Shown here: positions 1 to 9,303 of the stretch, one piece after another
Numbering within the stretch: position 1 is the first letter of the stretch
Layout: each line of letters starts with the position of its first letter
Assembly (NCBI GenBank): GCA_964439025.1
Contig: CAYTMW010000009.1
Coordinates: 35,749-99,748, forward strand
Source: an uncultured Gemmatimonas sp.
Lineage (GTDB): Bacteria; Gemmatimonadota; Gemmatimonadetes; Gemmatimonadales; GWC2-71-9
Direction: 5' to 3'
DNA length: 64,000 nt
Made by a program: the position numbers and the translations under genes
Notes under the pieces: generated by a model
Databases searched by the model: none
Told to the model about the DNA's origin: nothing
What the model saw: only the letters and a program-made list of their open reading frames with translations

Positions 1-1497
1 CTCTCGCTCCTGGTACTCGGATGCGAGGGCCGGCTGATCGATCGGGATCTTCCCACGACCCCGAGCTCGCCGCCCCCATCTCCCCCGTCGCTCGCGTTCC
101 GGGTCGGCGATATCAGCGCCGACGTGATCGCCGACATCGCGGTGGACCCGGTGGGGAATGTCTACCTCACCGGCACCTTCACCGGCAGCGTGGATTTCGA
201 TCCTGGCGCCGGCGTCGGCTCTCTCACCAGCCTGGGCTCGAACGACGTGTTCGTCGCGAAGTACTCGTCGGCTGGCACCTTCATCTCGGTCTCGCGCATC
301 GGAGGGACCGGCGCGGAGCGGGTGACCGGCCTCGCGAGCGATCCGGCGGGAAATCTCTACCTCGGCGGCGCGTTCGAAGGGTCAACCGATTTCGATCCCG
401 GCCCGGGATCCCAGATCCTGACGAGTCAGGGCGGCGAAGATGGATTCGTGGTCAAGCTCTCTGCACTCGGAGAGCTTCTCTGGAACCGCCGCATCGGAGG
501 CCCGAATGCCGATCAGGTCAGCGGCGTGGGAGTGGATGCCCTGGGCCGGACCTATGCCGCGGGCAACTTCAGCGGAAGCGCCAATACCCTTCCCGCCGCC
601 GGTCCGACGCTCGTGAGCAACGGCACCGCGCAGGACGCCTTCGTCATGGGGCTCGACGCGGCAGGCGCGATCAGCTTCGCGTTCCCCCTGGGCGGCCCGC
701 AGGCCGATGTGGCCAACGCCATCGCCGTGACGACGGGCGGAACGGTCGTCATCGGCGGCACCTTCCGGGGCAGCGCGAGTTTCCTCTCCGGAAGCACCGC
801 GACGCAGCTCACCTCACTGGGAGGGGGAGACGCGTTCCTCGCCGCCTACTCCAGCGCCGGGGTGCTCCAGTGGGCGCGCTCGCTCGGCGGTCCGGGAGAG
901 GAGGAGATCCGCGCCGGAGGGCTCGCTCCAGACAACGAGGGCGGTGTGGTGGCCACCGGGACCTTCACCGGCACCACCGACTTCGATGGCGGCGCGACGG
1001 TTGCGAGCCGAACCAGCCTCGGCTCCACCGACTGGTTCGCCGTGCGCTACGACGGGGCCGGCGGGTTTCTCTCGGCGTTCGCGGTCGGTGCGGTGGCGGC
1101 AGACCTGGCGCCCCGTCCCGCTGTCGATCCCGATGGTACGGTCCTCGTGACCGGCGCTTTCAGCGGGGCGGTGGATTTCGATCCAGGGAGCGGCTCACGG
1201 GTGATCGCGAGCCTTGGGAGCGGGGGCGCGACCGATGTCTTCACCGCGAAGTACACCACCGGCGGAGGACTCGTGTGGCTGAGCCGGTTCGGGGAGGGCA
1301 CCAGCGTGGGTGAGCGGCAAAATCGTGGCACCGGCATCGTCCCGTTTCCGGCGGGCGGGGTGCTGGTCTCGGGTCAGTTCTTCGGATCACCCGACTTCGA
1401 TCCCGGAACGAACGTCTTCCGGCTCACCAGCCTCGGGAGCGCGGATGTGTTCGTGGTCCTGCTCACCTCGTCGGGAGCGCTGACCCTCACTCCCTGA
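1..1497 (+). CDS. SBBP (beta-propeller) repeat lipoprotein; 5' end runs off the window
   Basis: Frame 1 is open from nt 1 (LSLLVLGCEG..., lipobox LVLGC) and runs into track ORF 124..1497. It carries repeated 'GN.YL.G.F.GS.DFDPG.G...L.S.G..D.FV.K' units typical of SBBP repeats. Confidence 0.75.
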   Translation, partial: LSLLVLGCEGRLIDRDLPTTPSSPPPSPPSLAFRVGDISADVIADIAVDPVGNVYLTGTFTGSVDFDPGAGVGSLTSLGSNDVFVAKYSSAGTFISVSRIGGTGAERVTGLASDPAGNLYLGGAFEGSTDFDPGPGSQILTSQGGEDGFVVKLSALGELLWNRRIGGPNADQVSGVGVDALGRTYAAGNFSGSANTLPAAGPTLVSNGTAQDAFVMGLDAAGAISFAFPLGGPQADVANAIAVTTGGTVVIGGTFRGSASFLSGSTATQLTSLGGGDAFLAAYSSAGVLQWARSLGGPGEEEIRAGGLAPDNEGGVVATGTFTGTTDFDGGATVASRTSLGSTDWFAVRYDGAGGFLSAFAVGAVAADLAPRPAVDPDGTVLVTGAFSGAVDFDPGSGSRVIASLGSGGATDVFTAKYTTGGGLVWLSRFGEGTSVGERQNRGTGIVPFPAGGVLVSGQFFGSPDFDPGTNVFRLTSLGSADVFVVLLTSSGALTLTP

Positions 1498-1642
1498 AGA
1501 CTCGGCTCCCCGAGCCCTGTCGGAGGATGCGGGCTCGGAACGAAGTGGACTTCGAGTCGCGAAATCTCCCCTGTGCGTCGTCGTGGTCGGCGCGCCAGCG
1601 GTGGCGCAGGTAGGCAAAGCGCTCCCCGGTCACGTCCCACCG

Positions 1643-2404
1643 TCACCGCGCGCTGAATCGATCGAGAAACTCCCGCTCCCCAACCGTCAGGCTGCCGATC
1701 CCCGCGGCGCTGATCTTGTCGAGGATGCGGTCCAGCTCGTCCCGGTTCACCTCGTGCAGCCCGTCGCGTTTGATCCGGCGCCATTTATCGAGCGACCCGG
1801 ACGCCGACTCGATCTTGCGCGTGCTCGGCACCGCCTGCTTCCGGAATTTCACCGCGCCGCCTCCGCGCTGCATCACCTTGAGGAACAGATAGCCGCCGAC
1901 GAAGCCGCCCAAGTGGGCAAAGTGCGCGATGCCGCCGGCGCCCCCGCCGAATCCGCCCCAGAGGGCGAGCCCCGTCATCAGCAGCACCATTACGCGCGCC
2001 TCGATCGGCACGATTCCCCAGATCAGCATCTGGTCTCGCGGCCAGAACATGGCGTACGCCAGCAGCACCCCGAACACCGCCCCCGACGCACCGATGATCG
2101 GCGCGTAGGGAGTGAAGGGAATCGAGAGCAACGCGCCCATCACCCCGGCTGAGAAGTACAGGCCGAGGAACGACCGCCCGCCGAGCCGCGCCTCGACCCG
2201 GGGCCCGAAGAAAAAGAGCGAGAGCATGTTGAAGAAGATGTGACCCAGACTGCCATGGAGAAACATGTAGGTCACGAACGACCAGGGCCGGACCAAGCCG
2301 AGCGCGGGCACCAGCACGAAGAGCTCGGTCACCACGGGCGCGGTCTGCTGCATGAAAAAAACGGCGACGTTGGCGATGATGAGCCGGAGAACCCAGGGTG
2401 TCAC
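1643..2404 (-). CDS. Rhomboid family intramembrane serine protease with a small C-terminal cytoplasmic domain
   Basis: Motifs: HGSLGHIFFNM, GASGAVFG (catalytic Ser), HLGGFVGG (catalytic His), plus multiple TM segments. Start set at GTG 2404-2402, which overlaps the cupin stop as GTGA. The track ORF extends to 2458. Confidence 0.85.
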   Translation of the reverse strand: MTPWVLRLIIANVAVFFMQQTAPVVTELFVLVPALGLVRPWSFVTYMFLHGSLGHIFFNMLSLFFFGPRVEARLGGRSFLGLYFSAGVMGALLSIPFTPYAPIIGASGAVFGVLLAYAMFWPRDQMLIWGIVPIEARVMVLLMTGLALWGGFGGGAGGIAHFAHLGGFVGGYLFLKVMQRGGGAVKFRKQAVPSTRKIESASGSLDKWRRIKRDGLHEVNRDELDRILDKISAAGIGSLTVGEREFLDRFSAR

Positions 2405-2844
2405 GCGACGCCGTCCCCTGCCCGCCGTGCGCTGGGATACGACACAATGTGCTCCCACTCCGAGGCGTCGGAGCGGGCCACCACGGCCACCACCGGCTCG
2501 GTCTCGCTCAGATTATAGACCTCGTGCGGCACGCCTGGCTCGATGAAGATGAAATCTCCAGCTCCGTTATCGATCTGCTGTCGCAGCCCCTCCCCGTAGA
2601 GGTGGCGCACCCGCCCCTCCAGGATATACAGCATCACTTCGAAGTCCACGTGAATGTGCGCGTAGGCGACGGCGCCGGGCGGAATCGTTGCCACGTTCAT
2701 CGATAGCGCGCGCGACCCCGCGTTGGCCCCCGACAACCCGCCCTTGTACCGGATGCCGTTCCAACTGCGGGAGACGCCGCTTCCCCGCAGCGTCGCGATG
2801 CCGCCGAGACGCTCGGCGTCGGGAATCGAATCGTCTGCACTCAT
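2401..2844 (-). CDS. Cupin domain protein
   Basis: 147 aa with a cupin-like core 'PPGAVAYAHIHVDFEVMLYILEGRV...GDFIFIEPGVPHEV'. Confidence 0.8.
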   Translation of the reverse strand: MSADDSIPDAERLGGIATLRGSGVSRSWNGIRYKGGLSGANAGSRALSMNVATIPPGAVAYAHIHVDFEVMLYILEGRVRHLYGEGLRQQIDNGAGDFIFIEPGVPHEVYNLSETEPVVAVVARSDASEWEHIVSYPSARRAGDGVA

Positions 2845-2848
2845 GGGA

Positions 2849-3988
2849 TCACCGCGGTCGCCGCGGCGCGCGAAGATCCACGGCGCCGGAGACCAGGATG
2901 TCGCGGTAGGTGACGGAATCCCCCCGCGCGCTCGTCATGAGGAACGCGGAAAGGGGCTGGAGGATCTGAGCGCTGAGATGCCCCGGCAGCGGCTGGGGCC
3001 ACTCCTCGCCGAAACCCCCGCCCATCATCATCCCGCCCCGGCCGAAGTAGCTGCGCATGATGACGCTTCCCGGCGCCGCCGGCAGATTTCGTACGTTGTC
3101 CGCGTAGCGCCCGAAGTTCCCCTGGCGGAAGAGATACATCTCGACGTTGGAGACGTACATCGCCGAGACATTCCGGCGGGTCTCCTTGAGATACGCGGCG
3201 ATCGCCTGCATGGCGGCGGGGCCGGAGAGATCACCAACCACGGGAACCACCTTGCCGCTTCGCTCCAGCTCCCGAACCACCCGGAACCGTTTTTCGGTCG
3301 AGAGATAGCTGACCTGGCGGCCATCGAGATCGGTCGAGAGATAGAGCTGGCGCTCAGAGGGATATCCGGGACGGGCGGCCCGCCCCAGGCTCGCATAGCG
3401 CAACTCGAGACCGGCGGCGAAGAACTCGTTGTGAAAACGGCGCAGCGTCTGGCGGTCGAGCGGCGTGAGCGGGACACCGTACTGTTCCACCTGGCCCATC
3501 AGCCCGGTGTGATTGAGATCGTGAAGCGCGGAATCCCCCCGCGTGCGGTCGATGTACGCCAGGATCTGATCCAGCGGGCGATTGCTCCAGCGATCGAGAT
3601 CGCGCGGCGCCGGGCGGCCATAGAGGAGGCAGAGATAGTCGAGACGGTTCCGCGCGGCGGTGAATATCGCGCGAAACAGCAGGTGCAGCAGCATGTTGTC
3701 GCGGCGGATGTCGATCAGGATCGCGATGTCGGGCTTGATCTCCGCCAGGTAGGAAAAATTCTGCTCCGGTCCGACGCCGAGATACGCGCCGCCCTGCACC
3801 TTGAGGGTCTTGAGCGCCGGGATCACGTGGAGATAGGAGGTCTCGTTCGATACCAGGTTGTCGCTGTCGAAGAATCCGCCGTTTTCCGAGAGCCGGGCGA
3901 CGAGGCGGCTGAATTCCGTGTCCTGGCGCGCCAGCGCCGCGGGCGCCGTGACCGCGAGCAGCTGAAGACTCAGAAAGAGGGAGCGCAT
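2849..3988 (-). CDS. Conserved hypothetical secreted protein
   Basis: Start moved to the ATG giving MRSLFLSLQLLAVTAPAALA (signal-like). The long 5' extension of the track ORF overlaps the upstream gene. Product not recognised. Confidence 0.7.
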   Translation of the reverse strand: MRSLFLSLQLLAVTAPAALARQDTEFSRLVARLSENGGFFDSDNLVSNETSYLHVIPALKTLKVQGGAYLGVGPEQNFSYLAEIKPDIAILIDIRRDNMLLHLLFRAIFTAARNRLDYLCLLYGRPAPRDLDRWSNRPLDQILAYIDRTRGDSALHDLNHTGLMGQVEQYGVPLTPLDRQTLRRFHNEFFAAGLELRYASLGRAARPGYPSERQLYLSTDLDGRQVSYLSTEKRFRVVRELERSGKVVPVVGDLSGPAAMQAIAAYLKETRRNVSAMYVSNVEMYLFRQGNFGRYADNVRNLPAAPGSVIMRSYFGRGGMMMGGGFGEEWPQPLPGHLSAQILQPLSAFLMTSARGDSVTYRDILVSGAVDLRAPRRPR

Positions 3989-3996
3989 TCGCGGCC

Positions 3997-5118
3997 TCAG
4001 AGAATCGTCACGATCCAGTCGCCCATCAGGTAACCAACCACCGCGACCCCCAGGCCGACGAGAAACATGTCGAGGCCGCTGCGGAAGACGCTGCGGCCGG
4101 TAAAGAAGCTGCGCGCGGCGCCGACGCCGAAGTGCGAGAGCATCGCGACCGCGAACGACGCCCAGATTGCCCACGGCTTCGTGCTCACAAGGAGCGGAGC
4201 CACCGGGATGAAGGCGCCGAAGGCGGTCGCGACGCCGGTCACCCACCCTTCGCGCATCGGAGTGCTGGTCGCTTCACCGATCTTGAGCTCCTCGCGGACC
4301 TTTTCCTCGAGCGCGCGCTCGGGATCGGCCATCACCGCCGTCGCCAGCTCACCGGCCTGTCCCGCGGGGATCCCCTTGGCCTGGTAGATCAGCGAGAGCT
4401 CTTCCCGCTCGAGCTCCGGCATCAGCCGGATCTCCTCCCGCTCCATCGCGATTTCGTGCTCGAAGACCTCACGCTCGCTCTTGGCCGCGAGGTACCCCGA
4501 CGAGCCCATTGAGAGCGCATCGGCCACCATCCCGGCGAGTCCCGCAACGACGACGGCGTGGCCCGTGCTGCCGAGCGCCGACTGAGCCCCGACCATCCCG
4601 GCGACCAGACCGAAGTTGGCGGTGAGCCCGTCGTTGAAGCCGTAGACGACGTTCCGCAGGAATCCGCCCGCCCCGGTCTTGTGCCACGGCTCGCGGTTCC
4701 CGCCCTTGATGAGTCCGGCGAGACGGTCGGCGTGCCCTTTCGACTCGATCGCCAGGGTGAGCGCCGTCGGACCTGCCGCGCCGTCCGGCTCCGAACGATA
4801 GAGCGCGAGGTAGCTCTTGACCTCCCGGCCCTCCTCCTCGAGGAGAAAGGGGAGGAGGAACCGGGGGCCGATCCGGCGTCCAAGCCACGCGGTGAAGCGC
4901 GCGCGCGTCGAGGGCTTCGGCTGCCCGATCTCGTGGCCGTGCTGGGCGAGAAGTCCGCGCCAGGCGACGACGTGGCGGTCCTCGACTTCCGCGAGCTGGG
5001 TGTAGATGGAAGCCTTGGTGGCGTCCGGTTCCGCACGGGCCAGCTCGCGGTAGAGAAACGCGGCGTCGGCCTCGTCGGCGAGATGGTGAAGCCAGGTGGG
5101 CGAAACCGGGTTCGGCAT
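3997..5118 (-). CDS. VIT1/CCC1-family iron/manganese transporter with N-terminal ferritin-like domain
   Basis: N-terminus 'EADAAFLYRELA...EVEDRHVVAW' is ferritin/rubrerythrin-like. C-terminus 'FLRNVVYGFNDGLTANFGLVAGM...' with TM helices is VIT1-like. Start at MPNPVSP; the track ORF 5' extension looks non-coding. Confidence 0.8.
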   Translation of the reverse strand: MPNPVSPTWLHHLADEADAAFLYRELARAEPDATKASIYTQLAEVEDRHVVAWRGLLAQHGHEIGQPKPSTRARFTAWLGRRIGPRFLLPFLLEEEGREVKSYLALYRSEPDGAAGPTALTLAIESKGHADRLAGLIKGGNREPWHKTGAGGFLRNVVYGFNDGLTANFGLVAGMVGAQSALGSTGHAVVVAGLAGMVADALSMGSSGYLAAKSEREVFEHEIAMEREEIRLMPELEREELSLIYQAKGIPAGQAGELATAVMADPERALEEKVREELKIGEATSTPMREGWVTGVATAFGAFIPVAPLLVSTKPWAIWASFAVAMLSHFGVGAARSFFTGRSVFRSGLDMFLVGLGVAVVGYLMGDWIVTIL

Positions 5119-5152
5119 ACCCCAAATGTAGCGAGCCAAGGGACTTATGGAC

Positions 5153-5180
5153 CCCTGAGCCCTGAGCCCTGACCCCTGAC
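5153..5180. repeat. Heptamer tandem array (CCCTGAG)x2(CCCTGAC)x2
   Basis: Read directly from the sequence. Sits in the divergent spacer between the VIT1 start (5118) and the ECF sigma start (5227). Confidence 0.9.
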
Positions 5181-5226
5181 CACTCGCTGGTGCGACTATC
5201 TTCGCTTCCCCTGCATCTTTACAGTC

Positions 5227-5784
5227 GTGCTGACCAGGATCCTCGCGATGGATGCCTACGGGCTGGCGAACGCCGATAGCGTGCTGCCCGGTGTGAAGGC
5301 TGGAGACCCGGCTGCCCAGGAGGCGCTGTATCGCGCCTTCGAGGGGCCGGTCTACAACCTGGCGCGCCGGATCTGCCGCACCACCGAGGATGCCGAAGAC
5401 GTGCTGCAGGAGACGTTTTTCGAGGTGTTCAGAAGTATCGGGCGGTACCGGGGTGACGGCAGCCTCTGGGGGTGGGTCCGCACCATCGCGTCGAGCAAAG
5501 CGCTGATGCGCCTCAGGCGCAACAAGTACCGGGACACCGATGAGCTGCAGGACGACGTGACGCCGCTCCGCCGGGAAGACGCCGCGCTCCGCATGGATCT
5601 GGAGTCGGCACTGGAGCGGCTCTCTGAAACCGCCCGCGCGGTGGTCTGGCTGCACGACGTGGAGGGCTACACCCATGAGGAAATTGCGGGGATGATGGAT
5701 CGCACAGTGAGTTTTTCGAAGTCGCAGCTGGCGCGGGCCCACAGCCGGCTCCGCCGCTGGCTGCAGGAGGAGGTGCCGGCATGA
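5227..5784 (+). CDS. ECF (sigma-70 family) RNA polymerase sigma factor
   Basis: Region 2 'DAEDVLQETFFEVFRSIGRYRG...WGWVRTIA' and region 4 'VVWLHDVEGYTHEEIAGMM..SVSFSKSQLARA'. GTG start; an internal ATG (MDAYG) is also possible. Confidence 0.9.
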   Translation: MLTRILAMDAYGLANADSVLPGVKAGDPAAQEALYRAFEGPVYNLARRICRTTEDAEDVLQETFFEVFRSIGRYRGDGSLWGWVRTIASSKALMRLRRNKYRDTDELQDDVTPLRREDAALRMDLESALERLSETARAVVWLHDVEGYTHEEIAGMMDRTVSFSKSQLARAHSRLRRWLQEEVPA

Positions 5785-6392
5785 CGCATTTGACGATGGA
5801 ACAGCTGCTCACGCTGCGGGAGCCCGGGCTGGAGCCCGGTGTGCAGGAGTGGCGGGATCACGCCATGGCCTGCGAGCTCTGCCGCGCCGAGCTCGATCGG
5901 ATGGACCAGCGCGTCGCGCGGCTGCGCGCGCTGCCGACGCTCGCCCCGGCTCGCAATCGCTTTGCCGAAATCCGGGCGCGGGCCGAAGCCGACCGGTGGC
6001 GGCGGCGCGCGGTGGTGTTCTCCCTGAGCGGCCTCGCGCTGGCCGCTACGGTCGCGCTTGCGGTGGTGCTCGGGCCCGGCGCGCCCGACGCACCGGTCCA
6101 GACGCTCTCCGAGCAGCAGGAGCTCGACGACATCATCGCGCGGTCCCAGTCGCTCGAGGGCGCGATCCAGGCATACAACCCCGAACAGCGGGTCACCGAC
6201 GGCCGGACCGCCGTGGTGGCCGCATCGCTCGAGGATCGGCTGGCGCTGGTGGATCAGCAGCTTCAGCTGGTCGATATGATGGACCAGAGGGTGCGCCAGC
6301 AGGAGGCGCTCCGGCTCTGGCGGGAGCGCGTGGGTTTGCTGAACGCGCTGGTGGACGTGCATGCGACCCGCGCGCGCGCGGTCGGGTTCTGA
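5781..6392 (+). CDS. Anti-sigma factor (single-pass membrane protein)
   Basis: ATGA overlap with the sigma gene. N-terminus carries H..C..C (HAMACELC) and one TM segment (VVFSLSGLALAATVALAVVL). Confidence 0.7.
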   Translation: MTHLTMEQLLTLREPGLEPGVQEWRDHAMACELCRAELDRMDQRVARLRALPTLAPARNRFAEIRARAEADRWRRRAVVFSLSGLALAATVALAVVLGPGAPDAPVQTLSEQQELDDIIARSQSLEGAIQAYNPEQRVTDGRTAVVAASLEDRLALVDQQLQLVDMMDQRVRQQEALRLWRERVGLLNALVDVHATRARAVGF

Positions 6393-6410
6393 CCTATGAG
6401 GAGTGATTCC

Positions 6411-7310
6411 ATGTCGTTTCGTCTGATGTCTCTCGCTGCCCTCTCCCTTGTGTCGGCCTTTCCGGCCGCTGCCCCGGCCCAGGAGCGGCAGCCCGTTACC
6501 CGCGCCAGAATCTATTTCGATGGCGACACCACCCTGATGCGGGACCGCATGCGCGCCATCACCCAGCGCAGGGCGCGTCTCGGTGTCGTCGTGGACATGC
6601 GCGCGAGCGACACCGACTCGATCGGCGCCACGCTGCAGACCGTCACCCCGGGGGGTCCGGCGGCCAAAGCCGGTCTCAAGACCGGCGATATCGTCACCCG
6701 CATCGACGGGAAGTCGCTGATCGCGACCGACAACACCAGGAGCGGCTCCGATGAATCGCTGCCTGGCGTCCGGCTGGTGGAATACGCCACCCAGCTCCAG
6801 CCTAACGACACCATCAGCGTCGAGTACCGGCGCAGCGGTTCGCGCCACACCGCCTCGCTGGTCACCGGTGATGAGCTCATCAGGATGGAAGTCTTTCCCG
6901 ACGGCGGCGACTTCAACTTCAAGGTGCCCGGTGGGATCACGATGGAACGGACTCCGTTTCGCGGCATGATCCGCGGCGAGCAGCTCCCCGGCGGCGCCAT
7001 GTCCTACTCCCTCGCCTTCGGAGGGGGGCCCCTTGCCGATCTCGAGCTCGCGCCGCTCAATGCCGACCTCGGCCAGTACTTCGCTACCACCGAAGGCGTG
7101 CTGGTGATCAACGTCCCGAAGGAGTCCACCCTGGGGCTCAAGGGGGGCGACGTCATCCTGGGCATCGATGGCCGCAAGGCGACGGGCCCCGGCAGCCTGC
7201 TGCGCATTCTCCGCAGCTATGACCCCGGGGACAGCTTCAAGCTCGACATCATGCGGAACAAGACCCGGACCACCATCACCGGAAAACTGGCAACAAAAAA
7301 CAGGGAGTAG
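6411..7310 (+). CDS. Secreted protein with two PDZ domains
   Basis: Signal peptide MSFRLMSLAALSLVSAFPAAAPAQ, preceded by GAGGAG. Two 'GGPAAKAGLKTGDI...IDG' / 'LGLKGGDVILGIDG' PDZ-type segments. The track ORF starts 15 nt earlier (6396). Confidence 0.8.
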   Translation: MSFRLMSLAALSLVSAFPAAAPAQERQPVTRARIYFDGDTTLMRDRMRAITQRRARLGVVVDMRASDTDSIGATLQTVTPGGPAAKAGLKTGDIVTRIDGKSLIATDNTRSGSDESLPGVRLVEYATQLQPNDTISVEYRRSGSRHTASLVTGDELIRMEVFPDGGDFNFKVPGGITMERTPFRGMIRGEQLPGGAMSYSLAFGGGPLADLELAPLNADLGQYFATTEGVLVINVPKESTLGLKGGDVILGIDGRKATGPGSLLRILRSYDPGDSFKLDIMRNKTRTTITGKLATKNRE

Positions 7311-7373
7311 GCAGGAGGCAGGAGGCAGGAGGCAGGAGGCAGGAGGGAAAAGCTTACCCACCTGCCTCCTCCC
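7311..7373 (+). terminator. (GCAGGAG)x5 heptamer array plus complementary CCTGCCTCCT arm; a hairpin followed by a T-rich tract
   Basis: Array at 7311-7345. AGGAGGCAGG pairs with CCTGCCTCCT (7361-7370). The downstream sequence is cttcgcttttcgctattcttct. Starts 1 nt after the PDZ gene stop. Confidence 0.45.
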
Positions 7374-7419
7374 ACTTCGCTTTTCGCTATTCTTCTCCCC
7401 ACCGTCCAATCGGAGTTCC

Positions 7420-8391
7420 ATGTCCCGACGCGCCTACAGTCGATGCGCGCTGGCGCTGGTCCTGGCAGGCATCCCGCTCCCGCCTGCGCTCGAGGCGCAG
7501 CGGCTCCCGCCGTATTCCTCGATGAATCCGATGGTGCAGCGGCGGAGCGGGCTCGCGACGATTCCCTGGGTCGAGGAGGGGACACGATGGCGGGTGAGCT
7601 GGCTCACCGATTACGCCAGCACCATCGAGTACACCGACCTCCCGGCGATCCAGTATCTCCAGGACGCGGAGCTAGTGCGTTTGGAGCTGACCGCGGCGCG
7701 AACGGTCGGGAGTCGGGGGTTCGTGCTGGTCTCGGGAAGCCTGCAGGGCGCCTACGATGGATTCCTCGACGGGTTGCTCAATTGGTACCACGATTTCACC
7801 GGTCTCCAGGTCGCGGCGCGGAAGCTCCGCCCGAAGAACGAGTTCGCCTACAAGGTCGCATTCGCCGGCGGGCAGTCGGCTGAGTATTCGCCGTCGTCGG
7901 GGTTTCTGGGCGACGTGCGGATCGGGGCGGGCCTCAGGCACTCGAAGCACTGGATGACCGCGTTCTCCGTCACCCTCCCGACCAGCACCGGCCCCAAAGG
8001 CTTTCGGAAAGGTGTACCGTCGTTCAATGCGACGACGACGCTGCGGAGTAATTTTGCGGAACGGTTCACTTACGAAGGCACGCTGAGCGCCGGTTACACG
8101 GGGGCGCACGGGGACTTCAAGGACCTGCAGCATACTACATTCCTGATGGTGACCCAGGGCCTGCGGGGGAGGGTTACCGGCCCGCTCCATCTCTACGCCA
8201 ACCTCATCTACCACTCGGCGCTCTATCGCGACACCGGAGCGAAGGCCCTCGACGCCCGAGAGCTCACCATCGACACCGGCGGATTCCTGAGGTTCAAGCG
8301 CGGCCCCGAGTGGATCCTTGGACTGACCGAGGATCTCGAGCCGAGCGGCCCGGCGATCGACGTGGCCTTCAGGTTTGGGGCGCGCTGGTAA
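7420..8391 (+). CDS. Hypothetical outer-membrane-like protein (possibly DUF3187-like)
   Basis: Start at MSRRAYSRCALALVLAG (signal-like). Beta-rich composition, C-terminal ...AFRFGARW. The family call is from memory only. Confidence 0.6.
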   Translation: MSRRAYSRCALALVLAGIPLPPALEAQRLPPYSSMNPMVQRRSGLATIPWVEEGTRWRVSWLTDYASTIEYTDLPAIQYLQDAELVRLELTAARTVGSRGFVLVSGSLQGAYDGFLDGLLNWYHDFTGLQVAARKLRPKNEFAYKVAFAGGQSAEYSPSSGFLGDVRIGAGLRHSKHWMTAFSVTLPTSTGPKGFRKGVPSFNATTTLRSNFAERFTYEGTLSAGYTGAHGDFKDLQHTTFLMVTQGLRGRVTGPLHLYANLIYHSALYRDTGAKALDARELTIDTGGFLRFKRGPEWILGLTEDLEPSGPAIDVAFRFGARW

Positions 8392-8611
8392 AGAGAAACT
8401 GCGCCATCTGGTCCAGTAGGTATTGTTTCGCCTTCGGCTCGCGAAGATTGAGGGCGTAGTGGTTGATCAGCTGCTGCTGGTACTTGAGCCACTCGGCCCA
8501 GCAAACCGCGCAGATCTCCTGGAAGACCCGCTTGCCTAGGTCGTTCGGGAAGGGAGCGAAGGCTTGGGCTTCGCGGGCAAGCCGGCAGCGGGTGCAGGTG
8601 GTTTGCGGCAT
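8369..8611 (-). CDS. yggX: Fe(2+)-trafficking / oxidative-damage protection protein YggX
   Basis: 80 aa with 'C.RC....EAQAF.PFP..LGKRV..EIC..CWAEWLK.QQ.LINHY.LN' matching the YggX pattern. Confidence 0.85.
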   Translation of the reverse strand: MPQTTCTRCRLAREAQAFAPFPNDLGKRVFQEICAVCWAEWLKYQQQLINHYALNLREPKAKQYLLDQMAQFLFTSAPQT

Positions 8612-8627
8612 GCCGGAAAATAACGGA

Positions 8628-8793
8628 TGTCACCCTGAGCGAAGCGAAGGGGCCGGTCCCTCCGCGGGCTCGGGGCGGACTGGCCTCCGGGGGCGCTCGA
8701 GTTCGCGGTACTCACTAGCGCCCCAGTCGTCAGCCCGCTCCCTGCGCCCGCTGGAGGTCGCGCCGACCATCGCGTGGGTCACCCGGGTGATGA
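8628..8793 (+). mobile_element. MITE-like foldback repeat, copy A (degraded right end)
   Basis: Aligns by eye with 22807-22990 and the reverse complement of 62440-62605. Shared left end (T)GTCACCCTGAGCGAAGCGAAGGGG and core CTCCGCGGGCTCGG..GCGG.CTGGCCTCCGGGGGCGCTCGAGTTCGCGGTACTCACTAGCGCCCC.GTCGTCAGCCCGCTCCCTGCGCCCGCTG. Confidence 0.6.
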
Positions 8794-8936
8794 GTGGGGC
8801 TCGCCATAGGGGACGTCGGGCCGTGAGGGCTCCGCGTGAAGTGATGAGGTGTGTTGGCCCGCAGGCCCCGTGGGCGAGTCCCACTCGAGCCCGGGGGTGA
8901 GACGGCAGTTCGTGTTCACCGCGCACGTTCACGCAG

Positions 8937-9233
8937 TTACCGGACGTCCCCCCGCTGCAGCGCCTTGACGCCGCTCCGCGTCCCCAGCCCCGCCCCGAGC
9001 CCGACCACCGCCGCCGTCACCCCGGTGATCACGATCTTGACCAGCGGAAGCATCGTCAGCGGCATGACCAGGATTGCCGCACCCACCGCGGCAAGGACCG
9101 GAGCCGCCGGAGAGCGGATCGCGTCCACGAACCGCAGGCGCCGGCGCACGAAGCCGCGCGCAAAACCGAAGGCCAGAACGCCGCTCCCAACCGTCACAGT
9201 CAGGGCCAGTATCGCAATGATGGTGTTGATCAT
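8937..9233 (-). CDS. Small membrane protein, unknown function
   Basis: Start at MINTIIAILALTV with GGAGG 6 nt upstream. Two or three hydrophobic helices. Confidence 0.6.
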   Translation of the reverse strand: MINTIIAILALTVTVGSGVLAFGFARGFVRRRLRFVDAIRSPAAPVLAAVGAAILVMPLTMLPLVKIVITGVTAAVVGLGAGLGTRSGVKALQRGDVR

Positions 9234-9303
9234 AGAGCCTCCAAGGCCAAGGAATCGTGTTTCACTACGAAACATAGCCCCAACAGGTTTCACCGCGAGG
9301 CTG